Under the pieces are notes generated by a model. The model saw only the letters and a program-made list of their open reading frames with translations. It was not told the origin of the DNA and did not search any database. Shown in pieces: positions 1 to 10,784 of a DNA stretch of 64,000 nucleotides (within the stretch, counting starts at the first letter, position 1; the number at the start of each line of letters is the position of its first letter). Made by a program: the position numbers and the translations under genes. Source of the stretch: Alphaproteobacteria bacterium (GTDB taxonomy: Bacteria > Pseudomonadota > Alphaproteobacteria > JBFXJJ01). The stretch is taken from assembly GCA_050175015.1 (NCBI GenBank), contig JBFXJJ010000010.1, positions 25,577 through 89,576 on the forward strand, written 5' to 3'.

Positions 1-2
1 TC

Positions 3-1289
3 ATTGCTTCTGACCCGTTTTTAGCGGCCACAATGGCGTTCATAATAGGTTTTATTTATTTCGTAATATATAGGGCATTGAAAAAAAAGCTTCTACGGTT
101 AGGTGAAGGGTATTTTAATTCAAATAAAGAACGTTATATTACAATTAATGAAATATTTGGAGGAATAAAGGATTTAAAGTTATTAGGTTTAGAGAAAACC
201 TTCCTCAAAATTTATGAAAAACCATCACGGAAAAGAGCTGATTATTACTGTTTTCATCAGTTGGCAGCCTTAATACCTCAATATATATTAGAGATATTAG
301 CAATGGGAAGTGTTCTTATTGCAACTTTTTATCTTATGTCTATAAAAAATGATATAGGTTATTTTTTACCAATTTTAGGACTTTATGCATATGCAGGTAA
401 AAAAATAGTTCCTGCTATGCAGGCTATTTTTGGTGCTATCACTTTAATCAAATTTAATGGAACTGTTGTCGATAATATCTTTAAAGAATTAAATTTAGAA
501 GAGAGTGATAAGAAGAATATAAAAATAGATGATATTTTTGGTGAAGTAAAAAATATAGAATTAAAAAACTTAAAATTTCAATATCCGTCAAATAAAAAAC
601 TCATTATTGATGATTTGAATCTAAGTATAAAAGCCAAAACAACAGTTGGATTTGCTGGTTCTACTGGTTCTGGAAAAACTACTTTAGTTGATATAATTCT
701 TGGGCTTTTAAGACCTACTAGTGGGGATTTAATTGTTAATGGGCAAAAGATAACAGGTGAAAGCATTCGGTCGTGGCAGTCTAAACTGGGCTATATTCCT
801 CAATTTATTTTTTTAACAGATGATACTGTTGCTAAAAATATAGCGTTTGGAATTCCTGATGATGAAATAAATATGGATATAGTTAAAGATGTTGCAGAAA
901 AAGCGCAAATCAAAGATTTTATAGAGCAGCTTCCAGATAAATATAATACGATAGTTGGAGAAAGAGGGGTCAAATTTTCAGGAGGACAACGTCAAAGAAT
1001 AGGTATAGCAAGGGCGTTGTATCGAGATCCAGAAGTATTGATACTTGATGAAGCAACATCAGCCTTGGATAATATAACAGAACGAAGTGTTATGGCTGCA
1101 ATTCGAAAATTATCAGGTTTAAAAACGCTGATTTTGATTGCGCATAGATTAACGACGCTTAAAAATGCGGATATAATTCACTTTATAGAAAATGGAAAAA
1201 TTATTTCTTCAGGTAATTATGACGAAATGTTAGCAAATACACAATTCGCTGATTTGGTTAGAGCTGCACAGGAAAAGGATGAATTTTAA
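3..1289 (+). CDS. ABC transporter ATP-binding/permease, PglK/MsbA-like glycan flippase (5' truncated by window)
   Basis: Frame open from base 3; TM helices then Walker A GSTGSGKT, signature FSGGQRQ, Walker B ILDEATS; polysaccharide context. Confidence 0.85.
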   Translation: MASDPFLAATMAFIIGFIYFVIYRALKKKLLRLGEGYFNSNKERYITINEIFGGIKDLKLLGLEKTFLKIYEKPSRKRADYYCFHQLAALIPQYILEILAMGSVLIATFYLMSIKNDIGYFLPILGLYAYAGKKIVPAMQAIFGAITLIKFNGTVVDNIFKELNLEESDKKNIKIDDIFGEVKNIELKNLKFQYPSNKKLIIDDLNLSIKAKTTVGFAGSTGSGKTTLVDIILGLLRPTSGDLIVNGQKITGESIRSWQSKLGYIPQFIFLTDDTVAKNIAFGIPDDEINMDIVKDVAEKAQIKDFIEQLPDKYNTIVGERGVKFSGGQRQRIGIARALYRDPEVLILDEATSALDNITERSVMAAIRKLSGLKTLILIAHRLTTLKNADIIHFIENGKIISSGNYDEMLANTQFADLVRAAQEKDEF

Positions 1290-2048
1290 ATGAAAGATGC
1301 CATTAAGAAATTCTTACCTAAGAAAGTAAAAAAAATTATAAAAAAGCTGCTTAGCTTAAGATATTTGTATAGGTTTTTTACAAATTATAAGCAATTTGTT
1401 AATAACGGCGGAAAAATTACAAAACTTTGCCCTGTTCTTAGCAATTTTAACAGTTCTGCGGGATTAGATAAAGGACATTATTTTCATCAAGATTTGCTAG
1501 TGGCATCATATATTAATAAAGCTAATCCTGAAAGGCATATAGATATAGGCTCTCGTATAGACGGTTTTGTTGCTCATGTTGCGTCTTTCCGTGAAATAGA
1601 GGTGATGGATATTCGAGAACTTAATCCGTTGAAACATAAAAATATAAAATTTATTCAATCAGATTTAATGCAATATGATGATAAATATAATGATGCCACG
1701 GACTCAATATCTTGCCTGCATGCAATAGAACATTTTGGATTAGGACGTTATGGCGATCCCATAAATCCTAATGGTCATATCGCAGGTTTTAAGAATATTT
1801 TGAAAATGCTAAAGAAAAATGGAATGCTTTATATTAGTTTTCCAATAGGGAAAGAAAATCAAGTTTTGTTTAATATTCATAGAATATTTGATCCCAAAGA
1901 TATTTTTAAATGGAGCGATGAAAAGCTCGAACTTCAAAAATTTGACTTCGTTGATGATAATGGCGATTTGCATATAGATTTTCCGATTAAAGAAAAAAAT
2001 ATCGTTGCTAATTTTGGTCTGGGTATCTATAGTTTTTGTAAAAAATGA
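1290..2048 (+). CDS. DUF268-like SAM-dependent methyltransferase-fold protein
   Basis: HYFHQD, HIDIGSRIDGFVAH, SCLHAIEHFGLGRYGDP motifs seen in glycan-locus DUF268 proteins. Confidence 0.75.
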   Translation: MKDAIKKFLPKKVKKIIKKLLSLRYLYRFFTNYKQFVNNGGKITKLCPVLSNFNSSAGLDKGHYFHQDLLVASYINKANPERHIDIGSRIDGFVAHVASFREIEVMDIRELNPLKHKNIKFIQSDLMQYDDKYNDATDSISCLHAIEHFGLGRYGDPINPNGHIAGFKNILKMLKKNGMLYISFPIGKENQVLFNIHRIFDPKDIFKWSDEKLELQKFDFVDDNGDLHIDFPIKEKNIVANFGLGIYSFCKK

Positions 2049-2099
2049 TTGGTTAATAAAAAGATTTAATTTATTTATAATGTCAAACATATTAGGTAT

Positions 2100-2717
2100 A
2101 TGATGCTAAAATATATAAAGAAAATGCTTCCTAAAAGGTTTAAGAATTATTTGAAAAATAAGATTACTTATTTTTTTTGGGTTAGTAAAGGAAAGCCTAA
2201 TCCTCCTCATCATATAATAAAACAGAAAAAAATTCTAAGATTGCAAAAAAGACAAGGAAACAACGTGTTCGTAGAAACTGGAACTTATTTTGGTGATATG
2301 GTTTTTGCAGTAAAAGATACGTTTAAACAAATTTATACTGTAGAGTTAAGTAAAGATTTGTATGACTTAGCCGTGGAAAGATTTAAGAAAGATACGCATA
2401 TTAATTTATTAAATGGAGATAGCGGAGAGGTTTTAAAGGATCTTGTTAAAAAGATAGAAGAACCTGCAATTTTTTGGTTGGACGGTCATTATTCTGGTGG
2501 CGAGACGGCAAAAGGGAACGTAGATACACCTATAGTAGAAGAACTAAAACATATTTTTTCTTCAGAATTAAAGCATACAATTCTTATCGATGATGCTAGG
2601 TGTTTTGGTAAAAACGATGGTTATCCAACAATAGAAGAGTTAGAAAAAATAGTTTTGGAAAGCAGGCAGGGTGCTAAAATCAAAGTTGAATCTGACATTA
2701 TAGAAATAACCTATTGA
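2100..2717 (+). CDS. Putative class I SAM-dependent methyltransferase
   Basis: FVETGTYFG, IYTVELS, FWLDGHYSGG, ILIDDAR motifs. Confidence 0.65.
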   Translation: MMLKYIKKMLPKRFKNYLKNKITYFFWVSKGKPNPPHHIIKQKKILRLQKRQGNNVFVETGTYFGDMVFAVKDTFKQIYTVELSKDLYDLAVERFKKDTHINLLNGDSGEVLKDLVKKIEEPAIFWLDGHYSGGETAKGNVDTPIVEELKHIFSSELKHTILIDDARCFGKNDGYPTIEELEKIVLESRQGAKIKVESDIIEITY

Positions 2718-3601
2718 AAAAAGTAATGTTACCTTTTTATAAAATTTTAAATGTCTTTAAAAATCCTGATGTGGGAAATGTTGCTGTTGTTTTTACAAAT
2801 GGAGCAGGTAACAATATTTTCCAATATATTTATGCTAGATTATTAGCCGATCATTATGGGCTAAATTTATCTTGTGATGGGCTTGATATTTTAGATGTTA
2901 CTAAAACACATTATAGAAAAAACAAAAAATTAAAAACGATAAAAATAGGCTTGGAAGAAACTGATTTTCAACAATATTTCAATATTAAAGAACCTTGTAA
3001 TTTTATTGTTCATACATATCCTGAGGATTATAGGGTTTATAAGCCACACCTTGAAAAAATACGAAGTTGGTTTGATGAGGTTCCTAAAACTAATGAAGAA
3101 GACTTGGTTTTTCATTTAAGATTAGGAGATAGGCTTTTGTATAAAAGCAGCTATGAAGCTTCTATGAAAGTTGAAGCAGAAGAGTTTGTTGAGGCGTTTG
3201 AAATGTTTGATTTTAAACGCCTACATATTGTAACTGATATGAATGTTTGGCATAGAGTAACTCCTAAAGATGTAGAAAAAATGGTTTTTCATATAAATGT
3301 TCCTGATAATTTAAAAGTAGATTCAAGAGTATCGGCAGAATATTTTAACTCACTTTATGATGCGTTTTCTAAATTTGACCCTATAGTTAGAATAGGAAAT
3401 AGCGTAAAAGATGATTTTAATTATATGAGATCGTTTGATAAAATAATGTTTCAGCATGGAACGTTATCTTGGTGGGCGGCTGCTTTAAGTAAGGCATCTA
3501 AGGTTGGTTTTTTTGCACCTTGGAGATGCAATAAAAGAAATATGGGGCAAACAGATTTTGATGGCTGGTTCGGCTGGGGAACTAATCGTATAAAGTCATA
3601 G
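2714..3601 (+). CDS. GT11-like (alpha-1,2-fucosyltransferase-like) glycosyltransferase
   Basis: GAGNNIFQY, FHLRLGD (HxRxGD) and TLSWWAA motifs; start could be the ATG at 2726. Confidence 0.65.
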   Translation: MKKVMLPFYKILNVFKNPDVGNVAVVFTNGAGNNIFQYIYARLLADHYGLNLSCDGLDILDVTKTHYRKNKKLKTIKIGLEETDFQQYFNIKEPCNFIVHTYPEDYRVYKPHLEKIRSWFDEVPKTNEEDLVFHLRLGDRLLYKSSYEASMKVEAEEFVEAFEMFDFKRLHIVTDMNVWHRVTPKDVEKMVFHINVPDNLKVDSRVSAEYFNSLYDAFSKFDPIVRIGNSVKDDFNYMRSFDKIMFQHGTLSWWAAALSKASKVGFFAPWRCNKRNMGQTDFDGWFGWGTNRIKS

Positions 3602-3613
3602 TGAGTATTTGAT

Positions 3614-4726
3614 ATGGAATATATCTGGATAGGTTGTGGATTTGGTCATGAACCAGATGAAAATTTTAGGTTGTTGTTGGACAATGGAGTTTGCTGGCAA
3701 CTAAAGGATAGAACTGACAATACAATGTTCCGCTATCTGGAAAAAAAAGAATGTTTTAAAGCTAACATTAAAGATTTTAAAACTAAAAATGAGAATATTT
3801 TTTATAATAATACGTGTATAGATGAAATTTTAATTGGTTGTAAGTATGTTTTTTTTACTATTAAGCCTGAATTAGCTACAAAAAAGACATTAGCAAATGC
3901 AATAGCTATTGAAAAACATATTAATAACAAAAAACTTCCAATAAAAATTATTAATTCTCCATCTTCGTTTTCTTATCTTTGCCATAAAGATGAGTTTTAT
4001 CAAGTAATGCCTCAAGATGATGTTCCAAAATATCATATAATTAATAAAATATCAGATATTGATAATATTAAATTTTCCTATCCCTTTATATTAAAGGCAA
4101 ATAATTTTTCTAGTGGAAAGGGGACAAGTCTTGTATCTTCTAGAAAACAAGCAATTAAATTTTTTATAAAAATGAAGTTTGTTAAATGTTTTGGAGGATA
4201 TATTTCATTTTTCAGAAATCTTATTAGAGCAAAATTTTCATACAGAGTAAAACTTGCTAATTTTATTCCAGATAAAATTATAGCGGTCGAATATTTTAAT
4301 ACCAAACAAACTGAAAATTTTTATATGACGGGGCGGGTTTTTTTTCTAGGAAATAATTTATATTATGCGTATCCTCATATTTCAGCAGATGATTGGTGTG
4401 TTCATACGGATCAGGCAAAAAACTATCTTCCTAAAAATATTTATAAATTAGCTTGCGAACGTATAAATAAAGCTGTTGTAGCTAATAAAGATAAGTTTTT
4501 AAAAGCTCAGAAAAGACTAAATATAAGTACATTAGCGTTTGATTTTCTTATAACAAAAGAAAATAGAATTAAGATTTTAGAACCAGAACTAAAGTATGGA
4601 TTAGATAAAAACTTTTTAAAGGGACAAGAAGAAGTGTATGCACTTGATCAAAAACATATTGATTGGATACAAGAAAGTATAAAGGCTAAACCAATAGTTT
4701 CGTTCGATAGTTTGTTCTTGCAATAA
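3614..4726 (+). CDS. ATP-grasp fold protein
   Basis: YPFILKANNFSSGKG, IAVEYF, AFDFL...ILE pattern of RimK-like ATP-grasp ligases. Confidence 0.55.
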   Translation: MEYIWIGCGFGHEPDENFRLLLDNGVCWQLKDRTDNTMFRYLEKKECFKANIKDFKTKNENIFYNNTCIDEILIGCKYVFFTIKPELATKKTLANAIAIEKHINNKKLPIKIINSPSSFSYLCHKDEFYQVMPQDDVPKYHIINKISDIDNIKFSYPFILKANNFSSGKGTSLVSSRKQAIKFFIKMKFVKCFGGYISFFRNLIRAKFSYRVKLANFIPDKIIAVEYFNTKQTENFYMTGRVFFLGNNLYYAYPHISADDWCVHTDQAKNYLPKNIYKLACERINKAVVANKDKFLKAQKRLNISTLAFDFLITKENRIKILEPELKYGLDKNFLKGQEEVYALDQKHIDWIQESIKAKPIVSFDSLFLQ

Positions 4727-4770
4727 GATATGTTCTTTAGCCAAGCATTTAAAGTTAGGAAAAATTTAAT

Positions 4771-5430
4771 ATGAAATTTGATACGAATTTAACGTACGAT
4801 ACTAGAGAGAATAAATCTAAGTATATCTGGGAAAAATATCAAACAATCTTAAAAGGAAAGATATTAGATGTTGGTGCAGATGAATGCGTTTTAAAAAAAC
4901 ATCTACCTAAAGATGTTGAATATACAGGAATAGGTTTAGGGGGCTCAGTTGATATTGAAATTAATTTAGAAAAGGAAGAAATTCCTTTTAAGAAAGATGA
5001 ATTTGATTGTGTATTATGTTTAGAAACGCTTGAGCATTTAGACAATTTTCATGCTGTTTTTGATAAGCTTTGCAGCATTACTAATAAATATTTGGTTGTT
5101 TCCTTACCTAATCCTTGGCAATCCTTCATAAATTGCCTTAATAAAGGTAATTATAAGGGGACAACTCTTCCTATGAAATTTTATAATTTGCCTATTGATA
5201 AGCCTATAGATAGACACAAGTGGTTTTATGGATTGCATGAAGCTGAAAATTTTTTGGTTGAATGTGGGAAAAGAAACAGTATGAAAGTTGTTCAAATCGA
5301 TAGAATTTCTCCTAAAGGAATAAGAACATTTATTTTAAGAAGTTTTTTATCTTTGGTTGTTCATAAAGATATAAAGGTGAAAGATCTTTTAGATAGTACG
5401 TTATGGGTTGTTTTGTGTAAAGAAGAGTAG
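4771..5430 (+). CDS. Class I SAM-dependent methyltransferase
   Basis: ILDVGA, FDCVLCLETLEHL, VSLPN. Confidence 0.8.
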   Translation: MKFDTNLTYDTRENKSKYIWEKYQTILKGKILDVGADECVLKKHLPKDVEYTGIGLGGSVDIEINLEKEEIPFKKDEFDCVLCLETLEHLDNFHAVFDKLCSITNKYLVVSLPNPWQSFINCLNKGNYKGTTLPMKFYNLPIDKPIDRHKWFYGLHEAENFLVECGKRNSMKVVQIDRISPKGIRTFILRSFLSLVVHKDIKVKDLLDSTLWVVLCKEE

Positions 5431-5435
5431 TTATT

Positions 5436-6278
5436 ATGAATGAAATTAAAGAAACATCAGATTTGTATGGTACATCATATCAAGAACAGCAGGCCGAAAA
5501 ATATAGGAACAGAGAAAACAATCATTGGAAAGCAAGGTTAGATATTGCTGATGAACTTTATAATAAGTACGTTAAGCCTTCTTTCGAAAGTAAATCAAAT
5601 AAAGATGTTGTTTTTGTTGATATTGGCTGTTCTATAGGGACTTTTGCAATAGAATTTGCGAAAAAAGGTCTTAAGACATATGGCATTGATTTTGATAATT
5701 CTGCTTTAGAAATAGCTCGGAACTTAGCCAAAGAAGAGAATGTTTCTCCAACGTTTGTTTGTGGTGATGTTTCTAATTGGAGCGAAAATTTTCCAGAAAT
5801 AGATATTGCTGCTTGTTTTGACATTTTTGAGCACTTGCACGATGATGAACTAGGTTCATTTTTAATAGCTATAAAGAAAAACCTCTCCTCTAGAGGGTGT
5901 ATTATTTTTAATACGTTTCCAGCTCAATATGATTATATGTTTTTTGATGACAGCTTATTTAGTAAATTTTTTAAAGTGTTTAAAAATTTAAAGCCAACAA
6001 AGTTCTCCAAATTGGTAAGGATCATGCAAGCTTTATATGATGTTTATTTATTGTTTAGCCAAGGCGTTACATACCAAGAAAAAATAAAAAAAGCAAAACA
6101 CTGTAACCCAACAACAAAAGAACGACTAACTGACATCTTTGAGCGTTCTGGTTATGAAATAGTTTTTATCGATAATTCAAATCTTTATAATACTGAAATT
6201 GAAAAGCAAAATATATTTAAAAAACAGCCTATAACTTATCGTAATATTTATGGCGTTGTTAAGCCTAAAAACCCATAA
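5436..6278 (+). CDS. Class I SAM-dependent methyltransferase (UbiG-like)
   Basis: VDIGCSIG, YGIDFD, FDIFEHL. Confidence 0.8.
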   Translation: MNEIKETSDLYGTSYQEQQAEKYRNRENNHWKARLDIADELYNKYVKPSFESKSNKDVVFVDIGCSIGTFAIEFAKKGLKTYGIDFDNSALEIARNLAKEENVSPTFVCGDVSNWSENFPEIDIAACFDIFEHLHDDELGSFLIAIKKNLSSRGCIIFNTFPAQYDYMFFDDSLFSKFFKVFKNLKPTKFSKLVRIMQALYDVYLLFSQGVTYQEKIKKAKHCNPTTKERLTDIFERSGYEIVFIDNSNLYNTEIEKQNIFKKQPITYRNIYGVVKPKNP

Positions 6279-7392
6279 GTTTTAAATATTGATCTGCTAT
6301 ATTATTTATATTGTGATGGGCTATGGTTAATTTTACTTGCTCTTTAGAAAAATTAGCATTTATAGTTTTGATAATGTTTTCTGCCATTTTATCAGTATCT
6401 CCGACTGGGGTTAAAAAGCCGTTTTTCCCATCAATGATTAACTCTGAAGGTCCACTTGGACAATTTGTTGCAACAGATGGGCAGCCACAGCCTAGCGCCT
6501 GAACTAGCATATTCGGCATTCCTTCATGGAGAGACGAAAGCACGAAGACATCAGCTTTATCCATAAAGGCAAATGGGTTTTCGGTGTATCCCATCAAATC
6601 GATTTTATTTTCTATTTGTAAATCTTTTATTAGCGTTTCAAGGTTTGGTCTTTCAATGCCATCTCCCATAATTATAAGTTTAGCATCTAGTGTTTTTAAT
6701 ACCTTGGAAAAAGCCTTGATAAGCGTTGGAAAATCTTTTACCTTTGCTAATCTTCCTCCAGATATGACAACAGGCGTTTCTTTGTTTTCGAGCCAGATAT
6801 GACCTGTCGACAGTTTTGATTTTTCATCAGAATAACTAGGGATAGGATTAACAATCGTAGTAACATTTTTAATTCCAAATGTGTTTTCTAAATCAAACTT
6901 TACGCCATTAGATGGGGCATGTATTCCATCAGCAAGAGGGTATAAAACCTTTGAAAAAAGAGGAACAATATATTTATAGGCAAATGAATTATATGTTTTT
7001 TTCGCTCCAGAAGGTGTTGTTGCTTCGCTTATAAATACTTTGCAAGGTTTTCCAAGTATAACATTATATAAGCAGCATAAAAAATTAGCGGTATTAATAA
7101 TTGAGAAGATTGTTTTTGGTTTATCTTTCCTCATATAATTAAAAAGTTTAAATACAGAATGTCTCATTCTCTTTGATTTAAAATCAACAAAGTTAATATT
7201 TTTATGCATAATATTAGTATGTGCGTGAATATCAAAATCTTTGTTTTGAGGGGTCTTTAATGCAACGAAGTCAACAGAATAGCCTTTTTCTGCAATTTTG
7301 GATGCAATATCTATCATCACTCTTTCTGCGCCGCCAAAACCTGCTAAATTAGGAACAATAAAAGCGATGTCTGGCTGTTTTAGTTTACTCAT
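6265..7392 (-). CDS. Glycosyltransferase family 4
   Basis: GGAER, GRLAKVKDF, FVLSSLHEGMPNMLVQA. Confidence 0.9.
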   Translation of the reverse strand: MSKLKQPDIAFIVPNLAGFGGAERVMIDIASKIAEKGYSVDFVALKTPQNKDFDIHAHTNIMHKNINFVDFKSKRMRHSVFKLFNYMRKDKPKTIFSIINTANFLCCLYNVILGKPCKVFISEATTPSGAKKTYNSFAYKYIVPLFSKVLYPLADGIHAPSNGVKFDLENTFGIKNVTTIVNPIPSYSDEKSKLSTGHIWLENKETPVVISGGRLAKVKDFPTLIKAFSKVLKTLDAKLIIMGDGIERPNLETLIKDLQIENKIDLMGYTENPFAFMDKADVFVLSSLHEGMPNMLVQALGCGCPSVATNCPSGPSELIIDGKNGFLTPVGDTDKMAENIIKTINANFSKEQVKLTIAHHNINNIADQYLKLMGF

Positions 7393-8578
7393 TTTTTAAA
7401 AGCTCCAGTATTTTTTTAGTTATGAATGTATGGCTAGCATATTTTTCAACATATTCACGACCATTTTTCCCCATTTGTTGCCGTTGTTCTTTGTTGTTTA
7501 TAAGCTCTTGTACGCTTTGGGCAAATTCTTTAGGGGCGTTTGGTGGTACTACTGCAAAAGCGTTAGTTTCTTTTGCAAGGTTATCAAGAGGAGATCCTTC
7601 ATTTGCGGTACAAATTGCAGTTCTTCCTGAGGCCATAATTAAATATAATTTGCTAGGGACTGCGGAATTAGCCCCTTCAGGTATTTGCGGGACAAGATGA
7701 ATTGTTCCTTCGCTTAAACTTTCATTTAGCTTTTCAATTTTTTCTAGGTCTTTAAAAAAGACATTATCTAATTCTTTAGCTTGTTCTTTGATAATATTTT
7801 CTTGGTTTCCTTTTCCTCTAAGTATGATTCTTACACCAGGCATAGTAATTTTTAGAATTTTAGCTAAATCTAAAATTTGGTACAATCCTTGCTTGCGGCC
7901 AAAATTGCCACTATAAAGCAGAGTGTCTTTTTCTTTGTCAGGTAAAGGAAAAATCTTATAGGTATTTATATGGGGCGGTAAAATTATAATTGGTTTTTTT
8001 ATCTTATTTTTTTTTAGTTCTTTTTTCATTCCTTCGGATAAAGTAATAATTTTATCCGCTTTATTAAATGAAACTCTCTCAACAAATTTTATAATACCAC
8101 TAAGAAAAGATGCGCCTTTAAATTTTAGGTTTACACCAAGCTCGGAAGGAATATCGTGGATTATAGTTATATGGCAGCCTTTTTTGGAATAGAAAAAGTT
8201 AGCTAAAAAGGGGACAAACATTGAGGGGCATAAAGAAATAACATAATCATATTTTGTATGTTTGGTAAAAGCTTCTTTAAGAAGCATAACGCCAAAAAAA
8301 AATTCAGATATAAGTCTTGCAAAAATGCCGCCATTTTTAGTGGGAATAGCTTTTAACCTTTTAATGGTTACATTGTTTATCTTCTCATTGTCCTTTTCTC
8401 CATTTTCATATCCATTAAAGATGCTACCGATAGGATAACTAGGACGGGTTGTTATAACATTAACATCCCAGTTTTCTTTTGCTATGTTTTCGCAAATATC
8501 GGTTATAACTGGAGGAGAGCCAATCGGTTCAGGGGCATAAAATTGGCTAATAACCAGAATTTTATTTTTTTTGTGCAT
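7385..8578 (-). CDS. Glycosyltransferase family 4 (WbuB/WcaI-like)
   Basis: ISQFYAPE, PSYP, YSGNFGRKQGL, PSKLYLIMASG. Confidence 0.85.
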   Translation of the reverse strand: MHKKNKILVISQFYAPEPIGSPPVITDICENIAKENWDVNVITTRPSYPIGSIFNGYENGEKDNEKINNVTIKRLKAIPTKNGGIFARLISEFFFGVMLLKEAFTKHTKYDYVISLCPSMFVPFLANFFYSKKGCHITIIHDIPSELGVNLKFKGASFLSGIIKFVERVSFNKADKIITLSEGMKKELKKNKIKKPIIILPPHINTYKIFPLPDKEKDTLLYSGNFGRKQGLYQILDLAKILKITMPGVRIILRGKGNQENIIKEQAKELDNVFFKDLEKIEKLNESLSEGTIHLVPQIPEGANSAVPSKLYLIMASGRTAICTANEGSPLDNLAKETNAFAVVPPNAPKEFAQSVQELINNKEQRQQMGKNGREYVEKYASHTFITKKILELLKNE

Positions 8579-9485
8579 TTTTTTCTTTTTTGAAATGAAT
8601 ATTAAAAGCCATTTTTAAAATTATAAGAGAAAACGCAATAACAATACTTATAAACGAAAAAATAATAAGGACTAGTTTGACGTTAGGAGATGATGGTATT
8701 TTTTCTACAGATGGTTTTGAAATAACTTTAGAGTGGGGATTTTCAGACATATTAATAAGCATTAAATCCGTTTGTTTGTTAACGAGCAAATTAATTAAAA
8801 TGTCTTTCATAAAAAGTTTGTTAGAATTATTAAAACTATTAGAAATAGAGTTTATAGAATTCTCGGTTTCTTCTCTTTGTTCTTCAATATATATTTTATT
8901 AGCGGTTTCATAAACATTGGTTAGGAGCCATAATGCAAACTTAGGATCTATATCTTTTACAGATACTGTTGTAACCCCCATTTCAGAATTTATTTCGATG
9001 GTTTTATTTAAGTAGTCAGATAAACTGAAGATGTCAAGTTTAGCAGATATAGGCATACCTATAATCTTTTTTATAATATTAACTATAGAGAAAGTAGGTT
9101 CAGAAGAAACAAACGCTTGCTCTTTTTCGTCCCAGTTATTAGCAAAAATCTTTTTCATTAGCTGGTGCTCTTGATCTAGCTTAAGAGCGGTTTCATAAGA
9201 ACTCATTTTTATAAGAAAAATATCAAACTCAGAAACTGTTTGTTTTTGAGTTAGTCCAAAATTTGATAACAAACTGCTAGATTGAATGTTTACTTGGGCT
9301 TTTTCTCTAGGAACAATCTGCATAGATGCTTTATACAATATCGGTGATTTTGACAAGTTGTAAGACGCAATAATGAAGAAGAATAAAAAACATAAAGGAA
9401 AAAAGTACCAATTTTTAATGATATTGGTAACAATTTCTTTTAGGGCAATCATATACGGATCGTCATATTTTGCTTCTTCAGACAT
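8562..9485 (-). CDS. wzz: Wzz-like polysaccharide chain-length determinant
   Basis: N- and C-terminal TM helices, PxxYxA motif, helical periplasmic region, Pro-rich PSSPN before the last TM. Confidence 0.7.
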   Translation of the reverse strand: MSEEAKYDDPYMIALKEIVTNIIKNWYFFPLCFLFFFIIASYNLSKSPILYKASMQIVPREKAQVNIQSSSLLSNFGLTQKQTVSEFDIFLIKMSSYETALKLDQEHQLMKKIFANNWDEKEQAFVSSEPTFSIVNIIKKIIGMPISAKLDIFSLSDYLNKTIEINSEMGVTTVSVKDIDPKFALWLLTNVYETANKIYIEEQREETENSINSISNSFNNSNKLFMKDILINLLVNKQTDLMLINMSENPHSKVISKPSVEKIPSSPNVKLVLIIFSFISIVIAFSLIILKMAFNIHFKKEKNAQKK

Positions 9486-9503
9486 CTCAAATAATTCCTT
9501 TTC

Positions 9504-10784
9504 TTATGATGTTTTTTTATACTCACTTTTTTTCAAAATAAAAACAAGAAATATTATAAAAGGAATCACACTTCTTGTTATTAAAAAGAACTCTGTTGCC
9601 AAATTTGCTAATCCATAATTAAAGCATGAAACTAAAGCGGCATTAAATAATATAAAATTTTTAGATGTTATCGATAAGTTATAAAATCTTTTTAAAACGA
9701 CAAATAAAAATAAAAAGAACATTACGCATCCTAATAAACCAGTTTGTATAATTAAAGAAGCTATAAGGTTGTCATACCACTTGTTTCCAGCAACAAGGCT
9801 TATTCCTATAAAGAAGGGCCCCTCAAAAACAATTTCATTAAAAGCACTAACAACGCTTCCTACTCGTCCTTTTTCGCTGCCGCCATATGTTAGTATATTA
9901 AAAGCTCTATTAATTAATTGGGTTAACGTATGAGATTCTTGAGAATACCAAATCAAAAAACTGACAAATGCAGCAAAAATTAAAAAGCCCAAAAGAGAGA
10001 TAAGTAATGTTGATGGACTTATCTTTAAGTGTTTTTTTCTATAAAAAAAAGTAAAAAAGTTAACTATAAGAAATAATATAAAAGAAAGAGAAAAACTTAC
10101 AATTCCATTTCTGGAACCCGTTAGGACAAGAGCTCCACCCATAAGAATTATAACAACTACAGCCGCTATTCTTCCTATCTTTATAAAATTATAACGCCAA
10201 GCGATAATAAATTGAATAATAGCTAAAGAAATGTAAGCACTATAAACATGCCCAGCATGTTTTTGACCACTTTCGATTATTGAATATCTAGTAAAAGGAA
10301 AATTGGGTCTTATCTGAGCTCCATGGAGCATATTGTGTGTTACAAGAAAAAAATGAATATAAACGAAAAGGCTTGTTACTATAATAAAAAATATGTGTAA
10401 CTTAATAAATTGGTTAATTCTATTATTTGATAAGGGAGCATCTTTTAAGGCAATAAATAAGAGAAAAGGCATAAAAAATTTATAAATGGCACCTAAATTT
10501 GTAATTTTTAAATTAGAATAGTGAGAGGCACCATATCCTAGACTTAGTGCAAATAAAATTGCAAGGATGCATAATATAGCTAAAAGGGCGTCCAATCGTA
10601 TTTTTCCAAAAAGAAAAGATGAAGCTAAAGTAATAAGTATTATAACATCAACAGGTCTAACTGTTGCTATTAAATCAAAATTTACCGAATGAAGCGAAAT
10701 AATTAGAAAAAGGCAAACCTCCATTATAACCATATAGAGGCTTTGGCGTTTTTCTTCGTTGCTAATCATTATTTCTTTATCCAT
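9504..10784 (-). CDS. O-antigen polymerase/ligase family membrane protein (Wzy/WaaL-like)
   Basis: About 10 TM helices, LTGSRNG motif, DN...QTGLLG late loop; next to wzz. Confidence 0.7.
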   Translation of the reverse strand: MDKEIMISNEEKRQSLYMVIMEVCLFLIISLHSVNFDLIATVRPVDVIILITLASSFLFGKIRLDALLAILCILAILFALSLGYGASHYSNLKITNLGAIYKFFMPFLLFIALKDAPLSNNRINQFIKLHIFFIIVTSLFVYIHFFLVTHNMLHGAQIRPNFPFTRYSIIESGQKHAGHVYSAYISLAIIQFIIAWRYNFIKIGRIAAVVVIILMGGALVLTGSRNGIVSFSLSFILFLIVNFFTFFYRKKHLKISPSTLLISLLGFLIFAAFVSFLIWYSQESHTLTQLINRAFNILTYGGSEKGRVGSVVSAFNEIVFEGPFFIGISLVAGNKWYDNLIASLIIQTGLLGCVMFFLFLFVVLKRFYNLSITSKNFILFNAALVSCFNYGLANLATEFFLITRSVIPFIIFLVFILKKSEYKKTS

